Assembly (NCBI RefSeq): GCF_006345805.1
Contig: NC_043006.1
Coordinates: forward strand, 80,848,001 to 80,912,000
DNA length: 64,000 bases
Source: Octopus sinensis
Taxonomy: Eukaryota
Reading direction: 5' to 3'
Part shown: positions 28,020-47,403 of the stretch, piece after piece
Position numbering within the stretch: the stretch's first letter is position 1
Layout: the number at the start of each line of letters is the position of its first letter
The notes under the pieces: model-generated
What the model was told of the DNA's origin: nothing
The model's database searches: none
The model's input: the letters and a program-made list of their open reading frames with translations, nothing else
Position numbers and translations under genes: made by a program

Positions 28020-28260
28020 TTCATTCCTGTTAGACCCATCTTATTTGTCCATGACAGCTTTTTTCTATTTGGCAGTAATCAGTTTCTTTTCCTCCATTCC
28101 CAAGATGGAGCAATCGTTTAGCTGGGCTTAAAGAACACATTCAATGCAGGAGCTAACTACTGAAATGCTTCAAAACGTGTTTCACAACGCCAAGGATGGA
28201 TTTGAAGTATGTAGGAATACAGACATGGTGAAAATTTTCAATAAAAGTTTGATGTAAGAT
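28020..28260 (+). mobile_element. Very degenerate Tc1/mariner transposase C-terminal remnant
   Basis: Frames give ..DSFFLFG..LAGLKEHI..ELTTEMLQNVFHNAKDGFEVCRN, resembling the DFFLWG..LK..I..ML..V..C ending of these transposases. Confidence 0.4.
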
Positions 28261-28851
28261 TTATAAATCTGTTTTGGTAATAAACATAAAATTCTGTCAG
28301 TTTTTAAAAACAACTGCTCAATTTCATTGAAACAGATAGTTAATCCTGGAAGTTTCTCGAATAGATACTAAAATCAAAGGTCTTCCCGCCGTAAACATCC
28401 CATCCATTTGTTAAGCATATTGTATCATGGAGTTTATTATCCAAAATGTATCTCCCCTTCAGGCGTGGCTATGGAGTTGAGAAGATTGCTTTCCAGCAAT
28501 GTCGCCTTGGGTTGAGTCCCACTGTGCAGCACGTTGGGAAATTCTCTTTTATTACAGCTCCGTGCCGACCAAAGCCTTGTGTATAACATTATTGCCATTA
28601 CTGTATTGATATATAAAATAAGATATAACTCATTTATCATTGTCATATAATAAACAAACTGAAGTTAGTGTATGAAAGTGATCTTTTTTTTACTTCAATT
28701 ATTACGTTATTTTCTTATAAAATACACATACAGGAGAATTAGATCTATATATATAATAACACTTTGAATTTGGCTCCTGAGAAAGAGTAAAAGTAATTAC
28801 CTGATTAACGACGTGTATTACTGCTAGTATATATATATATATATATATATC

Positions 28852-29040
28852 GCCATGATAGATCGTTAGCCACTACACACATTGTTTTCTCTCCTTGTTT
28901 TTTTTCTTCTGTGTCCCTTTCTGTAGAAGAGCGTAGGCCCGAAACGTAAAATAATGTTCTATTCCTGAGCGTTATACTAATACGTCTGTTTGTTGTTTCA
29001 CACACCCGTCTTCGACTTTTTTTTTCGTAAACTCTCCCTA
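28852..29040 (+). ncRNA. Short repeat carrying a minimal type I hammerhead-like motif with variant core (Penelope pseudo-LTR-like)
   Basis: CTTT-CTGTAGA-A-GAGC-GTAG-GCCC-GAAAC-GTA at 28917-28948. Flanked by (TA)n on both sides; sister copy at 62704-62900. Confidence 0.55.
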
Positions 29041-29043
29041 TAT

Positions 29044-29081
<38 letters not shown>

Positions 29082-29614
29082 CATATACAGATGATGTGGT
29101 TAGGAAACTTGATTACCAGCAAAGTAGCTTTGCTTTCTAGATCACTGCTTGGTACTTCGAGCAAGTGTCGTCTCCTGCAGTTCTAGTGGTTTGGTATTAG
29201 AAACGATATAATGTATGGAGGTCTTAAAAAATAACAAGTGTGGACAAAGTTTTCAACTAAACACTTCACATCGAGGCCAGAATAAGTCTGTACTCCAATG
29301 AGTATATTTCTTATATATATAATATTATATTTTACTTGTGATAAATGCTTTATCTGGAATGTATATCACTTAATTACTTATCTTCATATAGAGAGAATGT
29401 TTCGTAATCATTTTTCACTTATATTTTCAAACAACCGTTTGCCGCATCAGGTATAGTTCATACACATCGAGACTCAACACTACCTAAGCATATTTTTACC
29501 TTTCATCTTTCATAAGCATATTATGTATATCCAAATATGTGACACTCACTCCATCTAGTCTTCTGTAACAATATGATATCATTCTGATGTATTCTTTTTG
29601 TTGTATTCTTCTTT

Positions 29615-29730
29615 CGCACTGAGGAGAACAGTAGTATGTAATTAATTTAATTATAATTATAACTAAATTAATTTCTAATTTTTTCCATGTTATTTACATG
29701 CTAATATTACCGTTCGAAACGATCGAATGT
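29615..29730 (+). ncRNA. Degenerate hammerhead-like motif with long AT-rich stem II
   Basis: GCA-CTGAGGA-GAAC[~85 nt imperfect hairpin]GTTC-GAAAC-GATC-G-A-A-TGT. The conserved U16.1 reads as A. Confidence 0.4.
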
Positions 29731-30533
29731 AAGTATTAGGCTTTTAAAAAACTTTTAACACCTTCTCTTCTCCATCTTTAATTGTTCGTCGAATTTCTAT
29801 AGGATACGTGTTATATACTCACAATACACCTTATATATATATAGGGGGTGGTAAGTTACAACAGAATTGTACTATTTACATTGTCATATATCAACTGTTT
29901 ATTTCTCTCTGGAATATTTCAAGCCTTGTTACTCACCACCTTCATTCTCAACCTTCAATGAAAATATTGCTGAACCATAATATTCAATTAAATGTTTTAT
30001 TATTATTCAGTCAAACATAATTTATTAAATCTATCGTTTGGTTGGTTGGTCTCATTCACCAACACAGCAGTTTATTCAATCATTATTTCACAAAAGAAAA
30101 TAAAATAAAATACTGTCTGTCTTCTTAAAATATACCGTTAAGCAATTCTGAAATCGCTCTCAGTACAAAACATACCAACCGATAAATCATTTGTTCAGTC
30201 TTGGAATGGTACTGAGCGTAAACTGACGAAAACGATGCCTTGGTTATGTCTTTATGCGATGTGTGGAACATTCTTCTTTAAATTATGTCCTACAGAAGTT
30301 GAAAAAAAGTAGTGGGCGACTATTGAAATGACTATGAATATAACTCCTGCAAATGCTCTGTCTTTCGAAAACATTTGGCCACCATTATCGTTTACTATCA
30401 TAAGATTGCTTCACTTTTCTTTCTAAAGATGTACTTGTTCAGTCTTTATTGTTTTACTTGTTTCAGTCATTGGAGTCCAACCATGTTGAGGCATTGCCCC
30501 CTGTGTGTATTTTTAATTTTGGTATTTTATCGG

Positions 30534-30761
30534 CGACGAACTGGCAGAAACGTTAGCACGCCGGGCGAAATGCTTAGCGGTATTTCGTCTGCGTTACGTT
30601 GTGAGTTCAAATTCCGCCGAGGTCGACTTTGCCTTTCATCCTTTCGGGGTCGATAAATTAAGTACCAGTTACGCGCTGGGGTCGATGTAATCGACTTAAT
30701 ACCTATGTCTGTCCTTGTTTGTCCCCTCTGTGTTTAGCCCCTTGTGGGTAATAAAGAAATA
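30534..30761 (+). mobile_element. Full-length OK-like tRNA SINE with 13-bp TSD, inserted in an older OR-type SINE
   Basis: A-box TGGCAGAAACG, B-box GAGTTCAAATTCC, tail CCCCTTGTGGGTAATAAAGAAATA. TSD GGTATTTTATCGG at 30521-30533 and 30762-30774. Confidence 0.92.
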
Positions 30762-30927
30762 GGTATTTTATCGGTCTTTTGCCAAAGTGCTAATGTTATG
30801 CGACCTAAACAAAACGTAATAAGATGTAAAGCGGCGGAAGCGCAAATACAAAGAGACGCACACATCCATCCATATACATAAGTGTATGTATGTTTATGTA
30901 TTATGTATGTATGTATGTATGTATGTA

Positions 30928-31012
<85 letters not shown>

Positions 31013-31024
31013 ATGTGCTATTGT

Positions 31025-31365
31025 TAGTTTCATGGAGAACTGTTCTTGTTATTGTAGGTGCCCTAGGTATGATAAAAAAGGGATGTCAGAAACATCTAGC
31101 CAACATCCCAGGAGAACCATGTCTCAGCGAAATCCAAAAGATTATGGTGAAAAGTACTACCGACATCCTTAGAGAAACCCTATCATTTTAAATGTCTGTG
31201 CTGTATTACATGACGATCTTTCGCTACTGCCTTTGCCATTTCTTTTCCCCAAGCCTCAGTCATACAGAAACAACTCTTATCCTTCACTCGCCCTAGGGAT
31301 GTGGGTGTGTCTCGGCAAGTGATTGTAACAAATATGCAGATTAAAAGTAAATAACAACAACAATA
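31025..31365 (+). mobile_element. Dong-like LINE 3' fragment (RLE C-terminus and 3'UTR)
   Basis: VIVGALGMIKKGCQKHLANIPGEPCLSEIQK..ILRETLSF*, followed by a UTR with CCCTAGGG..CTCGGCAAG and an AAC/AAT tail. Confidence 0.8.
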
Positions 31366-31374
31366 GTAATGATT

Positions 31375-32230
31375 ACAGCTTTAATATAACAAACTGGATG
31401 ATTTGTGAATTGAGAAACCTAGACAGAAAAACCAGAAAACTACTAACAACGTACCGAAGTCTCCACCCCAAAGCAGACGCAGGCAGAATAAAATTACCCC
31501 GCTCAGAACGAAGCCGTAGCCTGATGCAGATAGAGAACTACTATAAATAACAACGTTGGACTAGGAAAGTTTTTAGAAACAAAGAGTCGGAGACTACTGC
31601 ATGTAGTAAAGCAACACGAGAAGAAGAAAACGCTTTTCTCTATACACAAAGAGCGATAAAATGCAAAACAGAAACACTAAACTGATACACCGAGCTCAGA
31701 TGATAACATTAGCAGAAAAGGTCAAAGAGACGAAAAAACAGCATGAAAACAGAATAACAAAACATGTTAGGAAGAAATGGCGAGAAAAATCACTCCATGG
31801 CCAATACCCTACAAAGCTTCACAGAAAGGAAGAGAGCCTAAGTAAAAGCCGACAATGGCTCAAAAGCTCTGAACTAAGAGCTGAAACGGAAGCACTGATC
31901 CTCGCTGAACAATATCGGTGTCTGGTTACAAACAATTATAAAGGCGAAATAATGAAAACAGGCTCTAACACTGAATGCATCTCGGGTTGCCAAGTCATTG
32001 CTAAATCCGAATATATATACATAGACACGACCGAATAAGCAGTTATCTCCACTGGACAACATACCGACATTACAAATCTAAAACTGACAAGTGGTATAAA
32101 TATGTGCCAAACAAAGTACAAGACAATGACCAGGTCCCAATCATGTGGGATATGCCAGTTCAAATCGACAAAGAAATAAAAGCTAAAACTCCAGATATAA
32201 TTATCGAAGATTGGGAAAAGCAAAAGAACC
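31375..32230 (+). mobile_element. Degenerate Dong-like LINE internal fragment
   Basis: LDRKTRKLL..LHPKAD, KSLHGQYP..QWLKSSELRAETEALILA, and IMWDMPVQIDKEIKAKTPDII. Confidence 0.85.
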
Positions 32231-32239
32231 TGCTTGCTT

Positions 32240-32390
32240 TATTTACATTATTTAGAATTCACGGATATTTGTCCTTCTCTCATTTGTTGTTAATACAACG
32301 TTTCGGCTGATATACCCTCCAGGTTTCATCAGGTGTCTTGGAGAAATTTCGAACCAGGGTTCTGATTCCTAATGCATTTTTCGATGTTGT
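32240..32390 (-). ncRNA. Short repeat with minimal type I hammerhead ribozyme (family 1, copy 1)
   Basis: Sense strand GACAC-CTGATGA-AACCTG...CAGCC-GAAAC-GTT-GTATT (32292-32337). The core is intact and the base of stem II is mismatched. Confidence 0.7.
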
Positions 32391-32415
32391 TATTATTATT
32401 ATTATTATCATTATA

Positions 32416-32449
<34 letters not shown>

Positions 32450-32466
32450 TATTATTATTATTATTA

Positions 32467-36839
<4,373 letters not shown>

Positions 36840-36848
36840 TATTATTAT

Positions 36849-36915
36849 TCAGGTCACTGCCTGGAATCGAACTGGGAATTTTGAAGTTAGTAACCCGCGC
36901 TCTTAACTATTACGT
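36849..36915 (-). mobile_element. tRNA-only mini-SINE with (AAT)n tail
   Basis: Sense TAGTTAAGAGCGCGGGTTACTAACTTCAAAATTCCCAGTTCGATTCCAGGCAGTGACCTG-(AAT)n: a D-arm, anticodon arm and T-loop GTTCGATTCC with no body. Confidence 0.7.
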
Positions 36916-36923
36916 CGTTGTAA

Positions 36924-37258
36924 TGGGGAAGCATCATAGCCATGTGTTGAGAGGGATTCTTTGGGGGTTGAATAATTCACCTCTGGAAACATGCGTGTTT
37001 CGTTCAACATCCTTAATCATCCCTTATTGAGGGACCTTTTGAGCGGGATAGATTACTCGACCAGAAGAAAATTCTAACTGAGCCCCACCTGCAAGGTTAT
37101 GTGCAGTTTATGTTGATATGAGATCACCATGTCACGCACATATGGTTGTGATGCATTGCCTAGTATACCCTTATCAGATGTTTAGTCATGATGGGTATAC
37201 TGGGCTTCGTATATTTTACCCCAGTGTCACTTTGATGGCATGCACTGCCCTCTCACTC
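36924..37258 (+). mobile_element. 5'-truncated copy of the ~555-nt AAT-tailed non-coding element
   Basis: Collinear with the reverse complement of 39004-39560. Ends CTCTCACTC-(AAT)n. Confidence 0.88.
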
Positions 37259-37310
37259 AATAATAATAATAATAATAACAACAACAACAACAATAATAAT
37301 AATAATAATA

Positions 37311-37342
<32 letters not shown>

Positions 37343-37355
37343 GATGATGATGATG

Positions 37356-37418
<63 letters not shown>

Positions 37419-38411
37419 GACTTCTGGTTTAAGTGAGAGACTGAAGAGAAAATCCTGTTTAACGCTGCAACATAGAAGAATAGAATATCTGGTGAGAAGA
37501 TATCACTTTTCCCATTTGAAATGAAAAAAAAATGGAAAAATAAAGCAACTGTTAAAGTACGTAATAAAGTAGAAAACTCAATAAAGAATGGGTTCAACAT
37601 AATTATAGATTCTTACTTTTCTCTTATCAAATTTAACATAAAGATTTATTAATTAAAGCTTCCTTTTTCAACGACGAACATGTGCAACGATTTTCTCTAC
37701 AAGTATCGTTTAATTTGTTGATTAGCAATGATAAGGTACTTAATTACAAATCTTGTCACTTAATTAATAATTTTCTATTGTATCCTTTTGCACTTATTCT
37801 TTATCTGTCTGTCTCTCTGTCTCCGTGAATTATCCCTCCCTCACGAAATCATTACTTTCTTCTTCGCTCTCCTTCCTGTATATCCTTGAATTTCTATTGA
37901 ATAAAATATATATTATCCTCCCTCTCATTGTCAAAGCCGCCATATTAATTACATTAGATTCTGATTACAGTTTTCCTCAGTGTTGTTTGTGAATGGAAAT
38001 GATTAAATTCATAAGTAAATTCGCTTTTATTTTATTTATTATTGCTCTTTGTATTTTTGCTATTTCCAGTTGTCAGAGTTTTCTTCACTTCTTTCGAAGA
38101 TTTATCAGCTATATTTTAGTCAAACTATTGTTTTCGGTTGGGTTTAATAACTTTTATCAGAAAAGTATTTAAACGTTTAGAAACCATTATTCCTTCAGTT
38201 GTGTTAAATTAGCCGCGTGCTTCGACTTGTGAAACTAAATGCTTGGTGAATGTGCCTCCTCCCCTGACTTATAATGTGTATGCTCTATAATCACGATCAT
38301 GTCTGGAAGTAACATATTTAAATATAGATACACACACACACAGACACACAGACACACATTCACTTCACCACACATATCGATATCATCGTTGTGGTCATCC
38401 TCAGTACTATT

Positions 38412-38449
<38 letters not shown>

Positions 38450-38684
38450 TATTAATTTGACTCAGGTTCGGTCTTAGGCCTGGCAGGATTTATGTAAGTA
38501 GCGAGTTACTACCAGTAATATTAGGTATCCACTAGCTTTCAATAGTCTTTCAACTGCTTAGAAGCCTCTTGATAATCTTTCCTGTCGCTAAGGGGCAAAC
38601 ATTCTATAGAAGCTCTACACGACATTCTACATCAAACTCCTTCACTCATTTTGTCTATATCTTTGTTTATTATCAGGCAGAACA

Positions 38685-38875
38685 GTTAACGCGTCGGGCA
38701 AAATGCTTAGCGGCATTTCGTCCGTCTTTACATTCTGAGTTTAAATTCCGCGCCGTGGAGGTCGTGTATGTATTTCATCCTTTCGATGTCGATAAATTAA
38801 GTACCAGTGAAACACTGGAGTCGATGTAATCAAATAGTCCCCTCCCCATAAACTTGTGTCTGTAGTAAAAAGGAT
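38685..38875 (+). mobile_element. OK-like SINE, ATT-tailed subfamily
   Basis: Shared head and core, with an alternative tail CTTGTGTCTGTAGTAAAAAGG running into (ATT)n. Confidence 0.8.
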
Positions 38876-38886
38876 TATTATTATTA

Positions 38887-38950
<64 letters not shown>

Positions 38951-39003
38951 GTTGTTGTTATTATTATTATCATTATTATTATTATTATCATTATTATTAT
39001 TAC

Positions 39004-39560
39004 TGAGCGAGAGAGCAGTGCATGCCATCGAAATGACACTGGGGTAAATTATACAAAGCCCAGTATGCCCACCATGACTACCCGTCCGATAAAGGTACAC
39101 TAGACACATGCATCACAACCATATGTGCGCGGCATGGTGATCTCATATCAAGGTAAACAGCGCATAACCTTGCAGGTGGGGCCCAGTTAGTATTATGTTC
39201 TCGTCGAGTAAGTAATCCCGCTCAAAAGGTACTTGAATAAGGGTTGATTGAGGATGTTGAACGAAACACCCATGTTTCCAGAGGTGAATTATTCAAACCC
39301 CAAATAATTCCTCTCATCACATGGCTATGATGCTCCCTCACTACATCTGTTCGTGTTCAGAGATGCACATATCGTCAGCTATTAAGGGACATGCTCAACT
39401 GGTTAAGGTCAAACAACTGACAGGCAAATCTGTGGTATTGAGCAGAATATTTGCTGTATCCAGTCTTTTATACCAAGACAAAACAATGTACATGATAGCA
39501 TTTTCAATCAGTTAAGATCAGAAGCCATGAGAGCCACTGCCTGATACTGCATCAGGGCAT
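39004..39560 (-). mobile_element. Longest copy of the ~555-nt AAT-tailed non-coding element
   Basis: Sense begins ATGCCCTGATGCAGTATCAGGCAGTGGCTC and ends GCACTGCTCTCTCGCTCAGTAATAAT. It is flanked by (ATT)n on both sides, with no long ORF or Pol III boxes seen. Confidence 0.88.
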
Positions 39561-39580
39561 TATTATTATTATTATTATTC

Positions 39581-41290
39581 AGTAGTTTTATTTTTATAGC
39601 GTGCTTTCACTTCACTAGCGAGCGCAGCTCTGTGTGCCTTGGGAATGTGCTGTGATTTGTTGTGATGCTCTGATGGTTATTGTATGGAAAGTGTTCTGCG
39701 TAGGATGTGTGCAGTGCCTAGTAGTGCAATTTTCTGTATGTTATATGTGTTTGTAAGTCCTGGTGTTTTTGTTATGTATTTGTCTGAATATTTTTTTATC
39801 ATGCCTAATGCACCTACTATGATAGGAATTGTTTCTGTTTTCAGATTCCACATTCTAGTTACCTCTATTTCCAGGTCTTTGTATTTTGAGAGTTTCTCCA
39901 TTTCTTTTAGAGACACGTTGTCATCTGCCGGTATTGATACATCAATTAGAAAGCATTTTTTTTCTTCATGATCTCTGACAACTATATCTGGTCTGTTGGC
40001 CTTAATTTCTCTATCTGTGTGTATCGGCATATCCCAGAGTATGGTTGCTTTCTCGTTTTCTGTGACCTTTTCTGGTGTGTGCCTATACCATCTTTTTTCT
40101 GTTGTTATTCCATGATGTTGGCATAGCCTCCAATGTATGTAGGTTCCAACTCTGTCATGTCTGTGAATATATTCCTTCTTAGCCAGGACTGGGCAGCTAG
40201 AGATAATATGATTTATTGTTTCTTGTCCATCTCCACATATTCTGCAGTTACTTGTTATATTTCTTTTCATTACATGTTTTTGGTAATTTCTGGTGGGGAG
40301 GCTTTGGTCTTGTGCTGCAATTAAAAATCCCTCTGTTTCTGCTTTGAGTCCTGAGCTTCTCAACCATTGCTGGGATTTTTCTTTGTCTATTTCTTTTGCG
40401 TTTAGTTTAGTGCAGTATTTACCATGAAGGGGCTTTTCTTGCCATCGTTTTATCATGGCTCGTTGCTGTTCTATTTTTAGTTTGGATTTCATTTGTTTTA
40501 TAGCTTTTGTTGTTCTTCATCATCTTCTTCTTCTTCTTTGTGTTTATTAGGTGGTATGATTTCTTGTTTGTATTTGTCAGCTTCCTTAAATACTGAGAAC
40601 AGTTTTTTGTTTTGCTCGTGTTTTGCAGCTATCTGGATCAGTTTTCCTTCCTTCTGAAGTAGGTATTTTTGCAGTCCTATGGTGGTTATTTTATAGTAGT
40701 TTTCCAGCTGTATAAGGCCTCTATCACCTTCTATACGTTGTATATATAGTCTTTCTATGTCAGATTTTGGGTGATGCATCCTAGATCCTGTCAGTATTTT
40801 TCTTGTTTTCCTATCTATTTTGGACAGTTCACTTCGTGTCCAGTTAAGGATATTGTAGCTGTAACTTATAACTGGGACAGCTAAAGTGTTGATACGTATT
40901 ATCTTGTTTTTAGCATTGAGCTCTGTTTTTAGTATTGATCTAACTCGTCTATAATATTCTTTTTTTATTTTCTCTTTCATTTGTGTGTGTTGTGTCTTAT
41001 CTAGTTCATGGATTCCTAAGTATTTGTAAGTTTGGCTTTGGTCTAATTCTTTTATTTCATTGGTTTTATCTAGTGTGATGTTGTTACTCTTAACTAGTTT
41101 TCCTCTTTTCATGGTTACTTTGGCGCATTTTTCTAATCCAAATTTCATATCCATTTCTTTGGTAAATCCATGAACTGTCTTTAATAGTGTTTCCAGCTGT
41201 TTGTCATTTGCAGCGTATATTTTGAGGTCATCCATATATAAAAGGTGGCTGATCGTTTTGCCGTAACATTTATATCCGCATCCAGTTCTA

Positions 41291-41292
<2 letters not shown>
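39581..41292 (-). mobile_element. 5'-truncated, near-intact Dong family A copy
   Basis: ORFs 40498-41235 (from the YMDD motif) and 39677-40492 (CCHC and RLE) are separated by one apparent 1-nt deletion. Highly similar to 32511-34340 and flanked by (ATT)n. Confidence 0.95.
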
Positions 41293-41334
<42 letters not shown>

Positions 41335-41421
41335 TATTATATTATTATTATTATTATTACTATTATTATTATTATATTATTATTATTATTATTATTATAT
41401 TATTATTATTATTATTATTAT

Positions 41422-41754
41422 TGAGTGAGAGAGCAGTTCATGCCATCAAAGTGACACTGGGGTAAAATATACGAAGCCCAATATACCCATCATGACTACC
41501 CGTCCGATAAGGGTACACCAGGCACATGCATCATAACCATATGTGCGCGACATGGTGATCTCATATCAAGATAAACAGCGCATGACCTTGCAGGTGGGGC
41601 CCAGTTAGAATTTTCTTCAGGTTGAGTAGCCCATCCCGCTCAAAAGGTCCCTGAATAATGGTTGTTTAAGGGTGTTGAAAGAACCACCCATGTTTCCAGA
41701 GGTGAATTATTCAAACCCCAAAGAATCCCTCTCAACACATGGCTATGATGCTCC
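41422..41754 (-). mobile_element. 5'-truncated copy of the ~555-nt AAT-tailed element
   Basis: Collinear with 39004-39335; ATT repeats on both sides. Confidence 0.9.
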
Positions 41755-41761
41755 ATTATTA

Positions 41762-41975
41762 TTAAGGCGGTGAGCTGGCAGAATCGTTAGAGAACTGGAC
41801 GAAATGCTTAGCGGCATTTCGCTGGTGGCAACGTTCTGATGCCAAATTCCGCCGAAGATGACTATATCATTCATCCTTTCGGGGCCGACAAATTAAGTTC
41901 CAGAGTAACACTGGGTTTGATGTAATCTAGACCCTTACTCCAAAATTTCAGTCCTTGTGCATTTTGTAGAAAGGA
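41762..41975 (+). mobile_element. OK-like SINE, triplet-tailed subfamily
   Basis: Head AAGGCGGTGAGCTGGCAGAATCGTTAG; tail CCTTGTGCATTTTGTAGAAAGG followed by (ACT)n. Confidence 0.8.
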
Positions 41976-41995
41976 CTACTACTACTACTACTACA

Positions 41996-42048
<53 letters not shown>

Positions 42049-42175
42049 CACTACTACGCATGTGTATGTGTGTATATACAAATATACATTATCTTTATTG
42101 AAATCTTACAAAATTATTTGTCAAAACATGATTTCACACTGATAATACAGACAACCACACCACTCTGTCACCCTT

Positions 42176-42234
<59 letters not shown>

Positions 42235-42551
42235 TGTCCTTCACTTAATGACGCTCGTTCTCTTCATTTTAGTCTGCATCCATTTTTTTAAAAAGTTAGA
42301 TTTCTAGCTTGCCACTAAATTAAATTACTGCAATCAATGATTGAATTTTTTTCGTCTTAAATTGATATTCTAAAATTAGTAATTCACTTAGTTTCATCAC
42401 CATCATCAGTGTGTTACATTTCACTGCGTTCTACAGTTCATCTTATCCATCGCTGAAGTCGTCGTCGTCTTTCTCATCTACATCATTGTCGTGATCATCA
42501 TCCAGTTGAGCACAATGAACAGGTCTTACCTCTCTTGCGGCTGTTCTTTAA

Positions 42552-43240
42552 GGTACAGCGTGTAGATACTCCAATGTTCGTTTTCTTGGAGTCAGATATA
42601 TGTTGTGCAACAATATGAGTGAAGTGAATTCCATCAGAAATCATAACAGAAACGTTATGATTTATACAGAAGGTGGAACATGTAAAGATTCCTATTTGGT
42701 GTACGCTGCAGAATGCACAAAACACAACTTAATTTATGTTGGTTGCACAACGGAACAATTAAACAAAAGGTTTAATGGGCACAGATTCGACGTCAGCTAC
42801 AATAACATTAGTTCGACAGAACTTGCTGAACATTTCGTTTCAAGCGGCTGCAATTTTGAAGAAGACTTGAAAGTGTATATTCTCAGAAAATATTCTGAAT
42901 CTATTTCGCTTTCACTTCTCAGAATATATGAGGAGAAATATGTTTGCACGTTATTAACATCACGCCCTGGAGAAATGAATAAGAGGACAGGAGAACATCA
43001 TCAAATTTATACAAAACTGTTTGATTAAACATTCTTCTTTCTCTCTTTTTCTTACCTTTTCTCTTTTTTTTTCTTTCTTTTCGCCTGTTAAAGACTTAAA
43101 AACTGATGATGTCATTCCATCAACGTGTGGACGCTACTTGCTCTCGTTCATACTTTCCGTTTAAATTTCTGAATTTTTATCACTTCTTATTTCGAACTGG
43201 ACATACTGTTGAAATATCGTTCAATAAAATTACAATGGAA
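42552..43240 (+). mobile_element. Penelope-like element 3' fragment: GIY-YIG endonuclease domain plus pyrimidine-rich 3' region
   Basis: ORF 42600-43028: TCKDSYLVYAAECTKHNLIYVGCTTEQLNKRFNGH..ELAEHF..LRIYEEKYVCTLLT..PGEMN. No RT is present upstream. Confidence 0.85.
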
Positions 43241-43252
43241 TCGCGTTCTTCG

Positions 43253-43285
<33 letters not shown>

Positions 43286-43294
43286 CCATCACCG

Positions 43295-47356
<4,062 letters not shown>

Positions 47357-47403
47357 ATTATTATTATTATTATTATTATTATTATCATTATTATTATTAT
47401 TAT

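Noticed and set aside
43095-43230. CTGATGA and GGACA-TAC-TGTT-GAAA downstream of the GIY-YIG ORF as a hammerhead
   Set aside because: The pieces are far apart and do not assemble into one fold with stem I. At best a decayed remnant.
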